From: an uncultured Gammaproteobacteria bacterium
GTDB taxonomy: Bacteria; Patescibacteriota; Microgenomatia; UBA1406; HO2-37-13b
NCBI GenBank assembly: GCA_964612595.1
Contig: CAZTFB010000001.1
Coordinates: 323,058-387,057 of the forward strand
Reading direction: 5' to 3'
DNA length: 64,000 nucleotides
In this document: positions 19,420 through 28,806 of the stretch, in pieces
Position numbering within the stretch: position 1 is the stretch's first letter
Layout: every line of letters begins with the position of its first letter
Notes under the pieces: generated by a model
The model's input: only the letters and a program-made list of their open reading frames with translations
The model's database searches: none
What the model was told of the DNA's origin: nothing
Made by a program: the position numbers and the translations under genes

Positions 19420-19856
19420 TGTGCTTTTTTATTTTTTGTAACGGTTTTTTTTGATAGTTTTTTACCCTCTTTCTCAACACTCGTTGGAACCAGTTCAATA
19501 AGCGGCTTAATCCATTCCAGTCGTGCTACCTCAGCATTATCACCTTGGCGAGGTCCCATTCGAAACATACGTGTATAACCACTCTGTTGACCAACAAACG
19601 TAGGACCGACTATTGTCAACATGTGTTTTACCACGCTTCTATTTCCAAGCTCTCTTAGCAATACATTTCTATCAGATTCTCTGCCAAGCGAGGCTTTATA
19701 GACCAACTTGTCAATTTCTGATTTAAGTGCTTTTGCTTTGCTTAAGGTTGTGCTTAACTTTCCTGTTTGCACAAAACTTATGACAAGCTTGCGCATAAGT
19801 GCTTCGTTAGCATCTTGACCTCCGTTAAACTTTATTTTTTTGATTCCGTGTTTCAT
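19416..19856 (-). CDS. rplQ: 50S ribosomal protein L17 (Lys-rich C-terminal extension)
   Basis: 146-aa ORF with GYTRMFRMGPRQGDNAEVARLEW. Sits downstream of rpoA. Confidence 0.85.
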   Translation of the reverse strand: MKHGIKKIKFNGGQDANEALMRKLVISFVQTGKLSTTLSKAKALKSEIDKLVYKASLGRESDRNVLLRELGNRSVVKHMLTIVGPTFVGQQSGYTRMFRMGPRQGDNAEVARLEWIKPLIELVPTSVEKEGKKLSKKTVTKNKKAQ

Positions 19857-20794
19857 TTGAGTTCAATTTTGACGCCGAATTTTTCGACTTCTTTTTCAAT
19901 GAGGGTAATGGACTTTCTGCCAACACCCTTTAGGTTTGCAAGAGCCTCAGGACCTCGAGTAACGAGATCGCCGACCGTTTCAATCTTTTCTCTCAAGAGT
20001 GCATTAATAACTCTTGTTGGAAGATCGAGCTCATCAATGATAATCTCGTTTACCTTTTCATCAGTGATACGGGGTGTTGCTACACCGTCGCTTTCGACGA
20101 CTTTAGCACTTCCTGCTTTGTCGTCTGTATCATTGACAACATGACCAAAGAATGAAGTGATGATCTCAGCAGATTGCATTACAGCGTCTTCTGGCATGAT
20201 TGTACCATCAGTCCAGACTTCCAGGGTTAGTTTATCGTAGTTCGAAGTACGACCGACACGCTCATCCTCAACCTTATAGACAACCTTCGTAACTGGGGAG
20301 AAGACTGAGTCGATGGCCATAGTACCAAAAGTAGCTTCTTCTTTATCTTCTGCAGCGCTAAATCCAAGACCTTTTTCGATGGTAATCTCTATTTCAAGCT
20401 TAGCTTCACTCGTGGTAAGTTCTGCTATTGATTGATCTTTGTTAACGACTTCAACATCACCACCTTTAAAATCAGCTCCTGTTACTTGTCCTTTTCCCTT
20501 ATGAGAAAGTGTCATAGTAAAGGGGCCATTGCCTTTAAAGCTAAATCGCAAGGATTTAATATTTAAAATCATCTCGAGTGCAGACTCCTTAACGCCATCT
20601 ACTGACGAGAAAGGATGAACGGTATTATTGATCTTTACGTACGTGACTGCTACACCTTCAATAGACGAAAGAAGTACTCTTCGTAGTGCATTTCCCATAC
20701 TGTGACCGTATCCTGCTGGAAGTGGTGTCAATATAAACTTTCCATAGTTCTCTGAACTTTCAACTTTTTTTGTGGTGAATGAAGGTTTTATCAT
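19853..20794 (-). CDS. rpoA: DNA-directed RNA polymerase subunit alpha
   Basis: 313-aa ORF with GYGHSMGNALRRVLLSS in the N-domain and a C-terminal domain LDLPTRVINAL. Confidence 0.9.
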   Translation of the reverse strand: MIKPSFTTKKVESSENYGKFILTPLPAGYGHSMGNALRRVLLSSIEGVAVTYVKINNTVHPFSSVDGVKESALEMILNIKSLRFSFKGNGPFTMTLSHKGKGQVTGADFKGGDVEVVNKDQSIAELTTSEAKLEIEITIEKGLGFSAAEDKEEATFGTMAIDSVFSPVTKVVYKVEDERVGRTSNYDKLTLEVWTDGTIMPEDAVMQSAEIITSFFGHVVNDTDDKAGSAKVVESDGVATPRITDEKVNEIIIDELDLPTRVINALLREKIETVGDLVTRGPEALANLKGVGRKSITLIEKEVEKFGVKIELK

Positions 20795-20815
20795 AGTTTG
20801 TGTTAATTTTTAAAA

Positions 20816-21436
20816 TTATCTTGAGTAATACTCAATGACAGCTTGAAGGTCTACACCTTCTCTTAATGCATCAAGACTTGGTGTATCTTTAACTTTTCCT
20901 GATAGAGCTTTTTTTTCAAGCCATTCAGGTAACACCTGGTCTTTCAATGCAATAAGCTGTGCCACATATGGTATTTTTGATGTCTTCTCCTTCTTAAAGG
21001 TAATAACATCCCCAATCTTAACTTTATACGATGGAATAGAACTTTTCTTTGTATTTACTTGAAAGTGTCCGTGATTTACAAGTTGTCGGGCAGATGCGCG
21101 TGTAGGCGCAAATCCAAGACGATATACTGCATTATCTAGACGAGACTCAAGAAGTTGAACGAGCAAAAATGCAGTGTTACCAACCATGTGATTTGCTTGC
21201 GTAAAGTATCTTCTGAGTTGTTTTTCTGAGAGGCCGTAAATTCTTTGGAGTTTCTGTTTTTCTCGAAGTTGCTGTGCATATTCTGTTTGCTTACCCATTC
21301 GAGAATTAGGCTTTTGACCAGGCTTCACGCTAATTCTGCGCAGTAAGCTAGCCTGAGCTTTTGAACCAGTGGTTTTCAAACCAAGGTCAATACCCTCTCT
21401 TCGTGCCAATCTGTTTCGCGGTCCTGTATATCTCAT
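20816..21436 (-). CDS. rpsD: 30S ribosomal protein S4
   Basis: 206-aa ORF with the MRYTGPRNRLARREG start and an S4 RNA-binding domain. Confidence 0.9.
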   Translation of the reverse strand: MRYTGPRNRLARREGIDLGLKTTGSKAQASLLRRISVKPGQKPNSRMGKQTEYAQQLREKQKLQRIYGLSEKQLRRYFTQANHMVGNTAFLLVQLLESRLDNAVYRLGFAPTRASARQLVNHGHFQVNTKKSSIPSYKVKIGDVITFKKEKTSKIPYVAQLIALKDQVLPEWLEKKALSGKVKDTPSLDALREGVDLQAVIEYYSR

Positions 21437-21450
21437 ATAGTTGTAATAGA

Positions 21451-21825
21451 TTAACCTTTTCTTAATTTAGGTGGGCGCACACCATTGTGTGGCACCGGTG
21501 TAACGTCTAAAATGCGACTTATATCAATACCTGCTGCTTTTATTGCTTTTAGCGATGCGGTTCTTCCTGGACCAATACCTTTTACATATACCGACACCTC
21601 TCTTAGCTGGTGCATATCAACAGCCTTAGTAAGGGTCGTTTGTACTGTAACTGTAGCAGCATATGGTGTGGATTTTCGAGTTCCTGAAAATCCGAACATT
21701 CCACATGATCCTACAAGTACAGGCTTGCCAAGTTCATCGGTTATAGTAACCAATGTATTATTGTATGTGGCGGTAATATAGATACGTCCCTTTTCAATCA
21801 CTTTTTTCTGTACTTCTTTTTTCAT
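21451..21825 (-). CDS. rpsK: 30S ribosomal protein S11
   Basis: 124-aa ORF with TPVPHNGVRPPKLRK at the C-terminus. Confidence 0.9.
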   Translation of the reverse strand: MKKEVQKKVIEKGRIYITATYNNTLVTITDELGKPVLVGSCGMFGFSGTRKSTPYAATVTVQTTLTKAVDMHQLREVSVYVKGIGPGRTASLKAIKAAGIDISRILDVTPVPHNGVRPPKLRKG

Positions 21826-21838
21826 AGTAGTTAATTAG

Positions 21839-22243
21839 TTATTTTTTAGCTGCCGCTTGCTGAATTCTTGCTAAATCTTCCTTCTTTAGTGCACCAACAG
21901 TCTTTCTCTTACCACGTCGTGTACGTGCATTTGAGCGAGTTCTTTGTCCTCGTGCTGGCAAACCTCTGAGATGTCGAATGCCTCGATAAGCTCCGATTTC
22001 TCTCAATCTTTTAATATTCGAATTAATTTCTTCTTTAAGATCACCCTCAACTTTAATAGTACCAACTTCTGCCTGTATCTTTTGCACCTCATCCTCTGTG
22101 AGATCTTTTACTTTTTTATGCGTATCTATGCCGATTTTCGTTAAAATATCTGCTGATATTTTCCATCCGATACCATACACAATGGTCAATGCGTACTCAA
22201 TACGCTTGTCATCTGGTAGGTTTCTTCCTGAAATACGAATCAT
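21839..22243 (-). CDS. rpsM: 30S ribosomal protein S13
   Basis: 134-aa ORF with MIRISGRNLPDDKRIEYALT and YRGIRHLRGLPARGQRT. Confidence 0.9.
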   Translation of the reverse strand: MIRISGRNLPDDKRIEYALTIVYGIGWKISADILTKIGIDTHKKVKDLTEDEVQKIQAEVGTIKVEGDLKEEINSNIKRLREIGAYRGIRHLRGLPARGQRTRSNARTRRGKRKTVGALKKEDLARIQQAAAKK

Positions 22244-22269
22244 GTGTTTTTCTTTAAATTAAAAATAAC

Positions 22270-22383
22270 TTACCCTTGCTTTTGTTTGTGCTTGGGATTT
22301 TCACAAATAATATACTTTCGCCCTTTTCGTTCGACGACTTTACATTTCGGACACCTTCTTTTAACAGCAGCATGAACTTTCAT
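22270..22383 (-). CDS. rpmJ: 50S ribosomal protein L36
   Basis: Not in the ORF track (37 aa). Minus-strand translation is [37 protein letters not shown]. It lies between infA and rpsM as usual. Confidence 0.9.
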   Translation of the reverse strand: MKVHAAVKRRCPKCKVVERKGRKYIICENPKHKQKQG

Positions 22384-22385
22384 AA

Positions 22386-22610
22386 CTATAATCGATAGAT
22401 AATTCTCCCTCGTGAAGGGTCGTACTTTGTTACTTCAGCGCGGATACGGTCTCCCGGAAGAATTTTAATATAATGACGCCTCATTCTTCCCGAGAGGTAA
22501 CATATAATTACCCTATTTTCAAACTTCTCATCAAGTTGTACTTTAAATAAAGTATTTGGAAGGTTTTCTAATACCTCCCCTTCCACGACCAACACATCCG
22601 GACTCTTCAT
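22386..22610 (-). CDS. infA: Translation initiation factor IF-1
   Basis: Track ORF 22386-22634. The internal ATG at 22610 gives [26 protein letters not shown]...SRGRIIYRL, a typical IF-1 length. Confidence 0.9.
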   Translation of the reverse strand: MKSPDVLVVEGEVLENLPNTLFKVQLDEKFENRVIICYLSGRMRRHYIKILPGDRIRAEVTKYDPSRGRIIYRL

Positions 22611-22633
22611 AAAGACTATATTGTACCACAACA

Positions 22634-23380
22634 CTATGTCAAAATTAAAGCCCCATTTTCAGTTATTGCAACTGTGTGTTCAAAACAAGCAGCAAGCGAG
22701 TTATCTGCCGTTTTTATTGACCACTCATCAGGCTCATATTCCATTTCTCCAAGTCCCATAGCGTACATTACCTCAATCGCAATAACTAATCCAGGTTCAA
22801 GCAAGAGCGTCTTCTCGACTGGTCTATTAATGAAACACGGCACATACGGATCTTCGTGTAGTTCCTTACCAACACCATGTCCAGTTAACTCTCGTACTAT
22901 ACCATATCCTGCACCTTCTATGGTAGTTTGAAAGGCACGCGAGATATCACCAATTCTCTTTCCCTTTATGGTAACTTTGAGCGCATTGTTCAGAGCTTTT
23001 TTACCAGTTTCGAGAAATAGTGTTACATCTGGGGTTTGCTTACCAGCCTGAACCGTAAGAGCAGAATCTGTATGTAATCCACCATAATAAACTCCCGCAT
23101 CTATAGTAACCACATCACCATCTTTAATAATCTTATTTGAAGGGGGTGTGTGGACAATCTGCTCATTCACACATATACAGCTCGCCCATGAGTACCCTGT
23201 GACCCTCTTAAAGCCTGGTTCAGCCCCTCTTGCGACAATAGTGCTCTCTATATAGTTATTGATAGCCATTGTTGAAATCCCAGGTCGAACCATTGCAGCA
23301 GCATCTTTTAGCACATCATGCAAAATAGCACCGCCGTGTTGCATAGATTGAATATCGCTCTTAGACTTGTAGTGGATCAT
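22634..23380 (-). CDS. map: Methionine aminopeptidase type I
   Basis: 248-aa ORF with metal ligand contexts DGDVVTIDAG, GHGVGKELHE and EHTVAIT. Confidence 0.9.
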   Translation of the reverse strand: MIHYKSKSDIQSMQHGGAILHDVLKDAAAMVRPGISTMAINNYIESTIVARGAEPGFKRVTGYSWASCICVNEQIVHTPPSNKIIKDGDVVTIDAGVYYGGLHTDSALTVQAGKQTPDVTLFLETGKKALNNALKVTIKGKRIGDISRAFQTTIEGAGYGIVRELTGHGVGKELHEDPYVPCFINRPVEKTLLLEPGLVIAIEVMYAMGLGEMEYEPDEWSIKTADNSLAACFEHTVAITENGALILT

Positions 23381-23383
23381 AGC

Positions 23384-24517
23384 TCAATCAAGCGCGTAGT
23401 ACACATCACGGTAAACCTCTTCTAGTTTAACTTGAAGATCGGGAAGTGAGCCATCATTAATAATCATGTAATCAGCAAATGCGAGCGTTGGGCCTTTGTT
23501 CGCCTGGAGAATCTCATTTAAATCTCTTTCCTCATTAGCAAGACCCCTTCTGTCTTTTCTTTTTTGTACGCGCTCGTAGCGCAATTTTTTATCAGCCCAC
23601 AAAACGAGCAAAACTACTTTTACATCTGAAAATTCCTTTTTTAGGTACTGATATTCCTGGAAAGAGTAAAGACCATCAATAACCACTAAGGTTTCCTTTT
23701 CAAGTGCCTTTCTTATTTTCTCCTTACTTAATACTGCCATCGCCTCCATACCATATTTTTCTCGGACTTCCATGCGAACCAATTTATGCACATCTTCTGA
23801 ATGTGCAAGTTTTCTTTCTTCTACAAGCTCGTTAATAATATTACCAAAATGGACTACAGGCAATTTTTTACTTTTAAAATACGTGGTTGCCTCTGTTTTT
23901 CCAGAACCAGGCAATCCTGTTACTGCTAAGATTATTTTTTGCTTTTGACTCCACGCACGAACTTTATTTTTATAGTATTCCTTGCCGAGCAATTTCAAAA
24001 TCTCTTCATTCACATCGTCGATACTTTTTGTCCCATCTATTCGAATAAGCTTGCCTTTCTCTTCATAAAACGATATTACTGGCTTAGTAACCTCATTGAA
24101 AATTTCAATTCTTTTCATAACTGCAGTCACCGTTTGATCGTCACGCGCATCTTCGGTTCGATAAGCAATGCGCCAAAGTGCTTCTTTGTCTGGAAGATCC
24201 AGATAGATAATTTTATCTAGGTTGTTTTTGAATTTTTTTGCCTGAGGGAGTGTACGAGGAAAACCGTCGAGAATATAGCCTTTTTTATATTCTCTTCGAG
24301 ATAAATATGTTTCAACAATTGGAATAGTTTCCTCGTCGGGCATAAGAAGACCTGAGCTCATTGTTTCTTTTACGTAACGACCCATTGCAGTTTTTTCTTT
24401 TGCAATCATGCGGAAGATATGACCTGTGGAAAGATATGGTACACCAAGCTGTCGGGACAATAGATTTCCCTGGGTTGATTTGCCGGCGCCTGGTATTCCA
24501 ATAAGAACTAATTTCAT
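23384..24517 (-). CDS. adk: Adenylate kinase fused to a second P-loop nucleotide-kinase-like domain
   Basis: 377-aa ORF. Residues 1 to about 185 form a short-lid Adk (GIPGAGKST, DGFPRT). Residues from about 196 carry a second Walker A (TGLPGSGKTE) and a CoaE/UPF0200-like small kinase pattern (VIDGLYSFQEYQYLKKEF, ADYMIINDGSL). Confidence 0.8.
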   Translation of the reverse strand: MKLVLIGIPGAGKSTQGNLLSRQLGVPYLSTGHIFRMIAKEKTAMGRYVKETMSSGLLMPDEETIPIVETYLSRREYKKGYILDGFPRTLPQAKKFKNNLDKIIYLDLPDKEALWRIAYRTEDARDDQTVTAVMKRIEIFNEVTKPVISFYEEKGKLIRIDGTKSIDDVNEEILKLLGKEYYKNKVRAWSQKQKIILAVTGLPGSGKTEATTYFKSKKLPVVHFGNIINELVEERKLAHSEDVHKLVRMEVREKYGMEAMAVLSKEKIRKALEKETLVVIDGLYSFQEYQYLKKEFSDVKVVLLVLWADKKLRYERVQKRKDRRGLANEERDLNEILQANKGPTLAFADYMIINDGSLPDLQVKLEEVYRDVYYALD

Positions 24518-24521
24518 GGGT

Positions 24522-24695
24522 TTAATCGAGTTTCTTTCGTTCCTTGTGTTCCGTGTGTTTTCGGCAGTTTTGGCAATACTTCGTCAGCTTAAGAGCATCA
24601 GGTGTATTCTGCTTATTTCGTTCTGTGACATAGTTAACGCCACCACATACGGTACACTGCAGTCCGAATTGTAGTCTCTGTCCTTTTTTTGCCAT
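24522..24695 (-). CDS. rpmG: 50S ribosomal protein L33 (zinc-ribbon form)
   Basis: Not in the ORF track (57 aa). Minus-strand translation is MAKKGQRLQFGLQCTVCGGVNYVTERNKQNTPDALKLTKYCQNCRKHTEHKERKKLD*, with CxxC...CxxC. Confidence 0.85.
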   Translation of the reverse strand: MAKKGQRLQFGLQCTVCGGVNYVTERNKQNTPDALKLTKYCQNCRKHTEHKERKKLD

Positions 24696-24711
24696 AATTC
24701 AGAATAGATTA

Positions 24712-25998
24712 TTAACGGGTATATTTATCGTAATGTTTCATAGCTACCTGCGTTTCTAGATTCTTGAAAGTTTCTAAAACAACCGAAACAACGATTAACA
24801 CTCCTGTTCCTCCGATCACAAGATTACTTGTGCCGGTCAACCCTGCAATTATAGCAGGTAGTATGGCGATTGTGCCAAGGAAAAGTGCACCTACCGTTGT
24901 AATTCTAAAAAGTATGTTCTGAAGATATGTGCGCGTTGCTTGCCCAGGTCGTATTCCTGGGATAAAACCACCGTGTTTTTGAATTTCTTCTGAGATTTTA
25001 TCAGGGTTAAACACGATAATGGTATAAAAATAGGTAAATGCAACAACCAAGACAAAGTATAAAATATTATAGACAGGACCTTCAGGAGCGAATGTTTGTG
25101 TTAAAAATCGAGCAAATCCTGCAAGTGCAGGATTGTTGGTCCCTGTTAGAAAATTCCCTATCAACTGTGGAAAAAGGACAAATGAGATTGCGAATATTAT
25201 TGGAATGACACCTGCCTGATTTAATTTAAGTGGCAGAAAGTTACTTGCACCCTGATATACCCTATTCCCTTTAACCCTCTTTGCATAATAGATAGGAACC
25301 TTTCTAATAGCTTGGTTTACAAATACAACACCGCCAATGACTGCCAACATTAGGGCAACAACTATTCCCATCGCAACAAAGTTTTCAGAATTGGAGGTAA
25401 ATAATGCTTGGCTTGCGACTACTGGAATACGGGCAACAATTCCTGCGAAAATTAACATAGAAACACCATTGCCTATTCCGAACTCAGAAATAATTTCACC
25501 AAACCAAAGTAATATAAATGAACCTGCGGTTATCGTCACAAGAAACGCAATAAACTCGAGGAAGCCAAGGTTAGATATAACCTGTTGATTTCTTAGAACG
25601 ACATACATACCAATGCCTTGTACCAAGGTTATCGGTAGTGCAAGTAGGCGTGTGTATTGATTTATTTTTGCTCTGCCATATTCACCTTCTTTAGTTAGAG
25701 CTTCAAGCTGTGGTACGACGATTGTCATAAGTTGGATAATGATCGACGCGTTAATATAGGGACCTAGTCCCAAAGCCATCACGGAGAAGTTAATAAGTGT
25801 GCCACCTGAAAATATGTCGAGTAGTGCAAAGAATTGATTTGATGAAAAAAGTGTTGATAGAGCTGCACGATCAACAACAGGAACAGGTAAGAAAGCGAAA
25901 ACTCGAAATATGGCTATAATGCCAAGTGTTATAAAAATCTTTCTGCGTAATGCAGGGTCTTTAAGAAATATCTTTAATTTTTGAAGCGGGTTATTCAT
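24712..25998 (-). CDS. secY: Preprotein translocase subunit SecY
   Basis: 428-aa polytopic ORF at the canonical position after rplO, with GIRPG and other SecY patterns. Confidence 0.9.
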   Translation of the reverse strand: MNNPLQKLKIFLKDPALRRKIFITLGIIAIFRVFAFLPVPVVDRAALSTLFSSNQFFALLDIFSGGTLINFSVMALGLGPYINASIIIQLMTIVVPQLEALTKEGEYGRAKINQYTRLLALPITLVQGIGMYVVLRNQQVISNLGFLEFIAFLVTITAGSFILLWFGEIISEFGIGNGVSMLIFAGIVARIPVVASQALFTSNSENFVAMGIVVALMLAVIGGVVFVNQAIRKVPIYYAKRVKGNRVYQGASNFLPLKLNQAGVIPIIFAISFVLFPQLIGNFLTGTNNPALAGFARFLTQTFAPEGPVYNILYFVLVVAFTYFYTIIVFNPDKISEEIQKHGGFIPGIRPGQATRTYLQNILFRITTVGALFLGTIAILPAIIAGLTGTSNLVIGGTGVLIVVSVVLETFKNLETQVAMKHYDKYTR

Positions 25999-26441
25999 AG
26001 AACGACCACCGATCCTCCTGCATTCTCAATCTTCTCCTTAGCAACACGGGAAACAGGAAGCGCAACCTGTAACGGAACTGTAAGGTTCCCACTAGATACT
26101 ATCTTAACACCTTTTTTCATCGCTGACATATCAACTATGCGCTTTTCAACAAGTGCTTCAACAGTAATGGTTGCATTTGCCTCAAATTGGGACAAATCGT
26201 CAAGATTAAGAGTGAATGCTTTTGGTTGAACGGATCTGTTTTTACCTTTTCCTCTTAAGAGCGGGTATCTTTTTACAGACCTGTTTTGACCTCCTTCAAA
26301 GTGAATTGGAATGGCAGTTCTTGCAGATTGGTGTCGTGTTGTTCCGCGTCCTGATTTTGCTCCAGCACCACTACCTAGACCTCTTCCAAGTCTTTTCTTT
26401 TTGTTACTGACAATTTTTGTTAGTGTATGTAATTGTGTCAT
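25995..26441 (-). CDS. rplO: 50S ribosomal protein L15
   Basis: 148-aa ORF with [20 protein letters not shown]. Confidence 0.9.
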   Translation of the reverse strand: MTQLHTLTKIVSNKKKRLGRGLGSGAGAKSGRGTTRHQSARTAIPIHFEGGQNRSVKRYPLLRGKGKNRSVQPKAFTLNLDDLSQFEANATITVEALVEKRIVDMSAMKKGVKIVSSGNLTVPLQVALPVSRVAKEKIENAGGSVVVL

Positions 26442-26450
26442 TTTGATTTA

Positions 26451-26933
26451 TTATGATCTAGTCTTTAAGCTTTCCAGAGCCTTCATAACTGCATAAACAT
26501 TTGATACCTGATTTCGTGAACCTAAAATCTTACCCGACGCATTCTTCACCCCTCCAAGCGACAAAATTGATCGCACAACGCTTCCAACTTTCAAACCCGC
26601 ACCCTTTGGGGCTGGTTTAAGAATAATATTCGATGCTTTGAATTTAACTTTAATATCATGAGGAAGTGTTTCTTCATAAACAGGAATCGTTATCATATGT
26701 TTTCGTGCATGCAGAATGGCTTTCTTAATTGCCTGAGGAACCTCAAGTCCACGACCAAGACCAACGCCTACCTTGCTGATATTATCTCCCACTACGACAA
26801 GTGCTGAGAAACTTATGTAGTTTCCACCTTTTGTTTTTTTTGACAATCGACGAATAAGTAATACTTTCTCTTCGATACCATCTTGTGGCTCTCGTCGTTG
26901 TCGCTGGTTATTATTGTGCATTCTTCCGTCCAT
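26451..26933 (-). CDS. rpsE: 30S ribosomal protein S5
   Basis: 160-aa ORF with VVVGDNISKVGVGLGRG. It ends 9 nt before the rplO start, so there is no room for L30. Confidence 0.9.
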   Translation of the reverse strand: MDGRMHNNNQRQRREPQDGIEEKVLLIRRLSKKTKGGNYISFSALVVVGDNISKVGVGLGRGLEVPQAIKKAILHARKHMITIPVYEETLPHDIKVKFKASNIILKPAPKGAGLKVGSVVRSILSLGGVKNASGKILGSRNQVSNVYAVMKALESLKTRS

Positions 26934-26938
26934 AATAG

Positions 26939-27292
26939 TTATATTGTAATGCCTCCCTCTCTTACTGCTTCTGCAAGAGCCTTAACTCTTCCCTTATAAG
27001 GGTATGAACCTCTATCAAAAACAACCTGATTAATCTTAGCCTTTTTCATCAGCTCTGCAATAGTTTTTCCCACAAACTGAGCTTTTTGAATAGAAGTCAT
27101 TTTATCATCAATTTTCACTGATACATCATTAGCGGAAACTAATGTGTGCATTTTGTGATCATCGATAACTTGTGCATAGATATGCTTATTGCTTCGATTC
27201 ACTGAAAGACGTGGGTAAGCAGACATGCGAATAATTTTTGATCGCACTCTCTTTTGCACCCGTTTTCTTCGTAATAAAACTTTATTTTTCAT
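26939..27292 (-). CDS. rplR: 50S ribosomal protein L18
   Basis: 117-aa ORF with RLSVNRSNKHIYAQVIDD and FDRGSYPYKGRVKALAEAVREGG. Confidence 0.9.
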   Translation of the reverse strand: MKNKVLLRRKRVQKRVRSKIIRMSAYPRLSVNRSNKHIYAQVIDDHKMHTLVSANDVSVKIDDKMTSIQKAQFVGKTIAELMKKAKINQVVFDRGSYPYKGRVKALAEAVREGGITI

Positions 27293-27296
27293 AGTA

Positions 27297-27836
27297 TTAT
27301 GCAGTCTTCGCCTTCTTTCCTGGCTTTAATTTAATAGATTCACCTTCATACCTAATACCTTTTCCCTTATATGGATCGGGCTTTCGAATTGACTTTATTC
27401 TATTAGCCACCTGACCTACTATTTGTTTGTCTGCTCCTGAAATGGTGACAATATTTCCTTGTACGGCAAACTGTATCCCCTCAACACTTTTATATGTGAC
27501 AGGGTGTGAGTAGCCAACATCAAAAACAAGATCTCTACCCTGAAGTTTAACTTTGTAACCAGTACCCTGAACCTCTAATTTCTTTTCCCACAACTTAGCT
27601 ACACCAACAACTGCATTTTGTACAAGTCGTTGGGCTAAGCCATGTACCGCTTTGGTGTCATTAATGTTATTAGATCTTTTAACTGAGAGTGTTCCTTCAC
27701 CCAATTCAATTGTTATGTTTTTTGGGATACCGACACTTAATTCTCCCTTGGGACCCTTTACATGCACAGTTTCATCCACTATATGGACTTGAACATCACT
27801 AGCAACTGTTATTGGTTGATTTCCTATACGTGACAT
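27297..27836 (-). CDS. rplF: 50S ribosomal protein L6
   Basis: 179-aa ORF with the MSRIGNQPI start and PDPYKGKGIRY. Confidence 0.9.
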   Translation of the reverse strand: MSRIGNQPITVASDVQVHIVDETVHVKGPKGELSVGIPKNITIELGEGTLSVKRSNNINDTKAVHGLAQRLVQNAVVGVAKLWEKKLEVQGTGYKVKLQGRDLVFDVGYSHPVTYKSVEGIQFAVQGNIVTISGADKQIVGQVANRIKSIRKPDPYKGKGIRYEGESIKLKPGKKAKTA

Positions 27837-27842
27837 AATGAT

Positions 27843-28232
27843 TTACCAAACTTGAAAAAGAATTTCTCCACCCATCTTTGATGCGCGGGCTTCCCTATCT
27901 GACATAATACCTTTTGAGGTTGACAGAACAGAAAGTCCTAGTCCACCAAGAACCGGCTTCATATCTTGTAATCTTTTATATGTTCTTCTTCCTGGTTTTG
28001 AAAGCAGTCGTACACCTGTAAGAGATGGTTTGTCATTTTTGTAAAGAAGCTCAATTGTTATGTCTTTCTTCGCACCGTTCTCTATAAGAGTAAAGTCTTT
28101 AATATACTGTTCTTTTTTAAGAAGCGTCAAAACATTCATGTTCATCTTCGAGTAGCGACAGGCTATTGTAGGCTTTTCAGCCATATAACCATTTTTAATT
28201 CTGATGATGAGATCAATAATTAAGCTTGTCAT
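27843..28232 (-). CDS. rpsH: 30S ribosomal protein S8
   Basis: 129-aa ORF with IIRIKNG and STSKGIMSDREARASKMGGEILFQVW. Confidence 0.9.
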   Translation of the reverse strand: MTSLIIDLIIRIKNGYMAEKPTIACRYSKMNMNVLTLLKKEQYIKDFTLIENGAKKDITIELLYKNDKPSLTGVRLLSKPGRRTYKRLQDMKPVLGGLGLSVLSTSKGIMSDREARASKMGGEILFQVW

Positions 28233-28239
28233 ATTATTA

Positions 28240-28524
28240 TTACGTCTTTTCTAAGACACGTTTAGTAACTTTTCCATGCGTTCTAAATGTTCGACTGAGT
28301 GCGAATTCTCCAAGTCTGTGACCAACCATGCCTTCTGAAACGAATACCTCGATAAATTTTCTACCGTCATGTACTGCAAGTTTATGTCCTACAAAATCAG
28401 GTGAAATTTGTGATCTTCGTGCCCATGTTTTAATAACAGAGCGATCTCCTGATTCTTTTTGTTTTGCAATTTTTAGTTGCAATTTTGCATCAATGTATGG
28501 TCCTTTTTTAGTTGATCGTGACAT
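28240..28524 (-). CDS. rpsS: 30S ribosomal protein S19, at a non-canonical position between rpsN and rpsH
   Basis: 94-aa [15 protein letters not shown]...[50 protein letters not shown], an unambiguous uS19 pattern. Confidence 0.9.
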   Translation of the reverse strand: MSRSTKKGPYIDAKLQLKIAKQKESGDRSVIKTWARRSQISPDFVGHKLAVHDGRKFIEVFVSEGMVGHRLGEFALSRTFRTHGKVTKRVLEKT

Positions 28525-28530
28525 ATTTTT

Positions 28531-28800
28531 TTACCAAGAAATTTTCTTAACGCCTGGAATTTCACCTCTTAGAGCTTTTTCTCTAAACACAATGCGTGAC
28601 ATACCAAAACGTCTAATATAACCTCTCCCTCTTCCTGTAATTTGACATCTATTTCTCAATCGAGTTGGACTTGCGTTTCTTGGCAATGCCGCAAGCGATA
28701 CGTAATCACCTTTGGACTTTAACTCCTCACGCAAGGCCGCGTACTTAGCTACCATCTTTTCTCTTCTTTTTTCTTTTTCAAGCATTCCTTTTTTTGCCAT
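28531..28800 (-). CDS. rpsN: 30S ribosomal protein S14 (long, non-zinc form)
   Basis: 89-aa ORF with [14 protein letters not shown] and [11 protein letters not shown]. Confidence 0.9.
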   Translation of the reverse strand: MAKKGMLEKEKRREKMVAKYAALREELKSKGDYVSLAALPRNASPTRLRNRCQITGRGRGYIRRFGMSRIVFREKALRGEIPGVKKISW

Positions 28801-28806
28801 ATTTTT

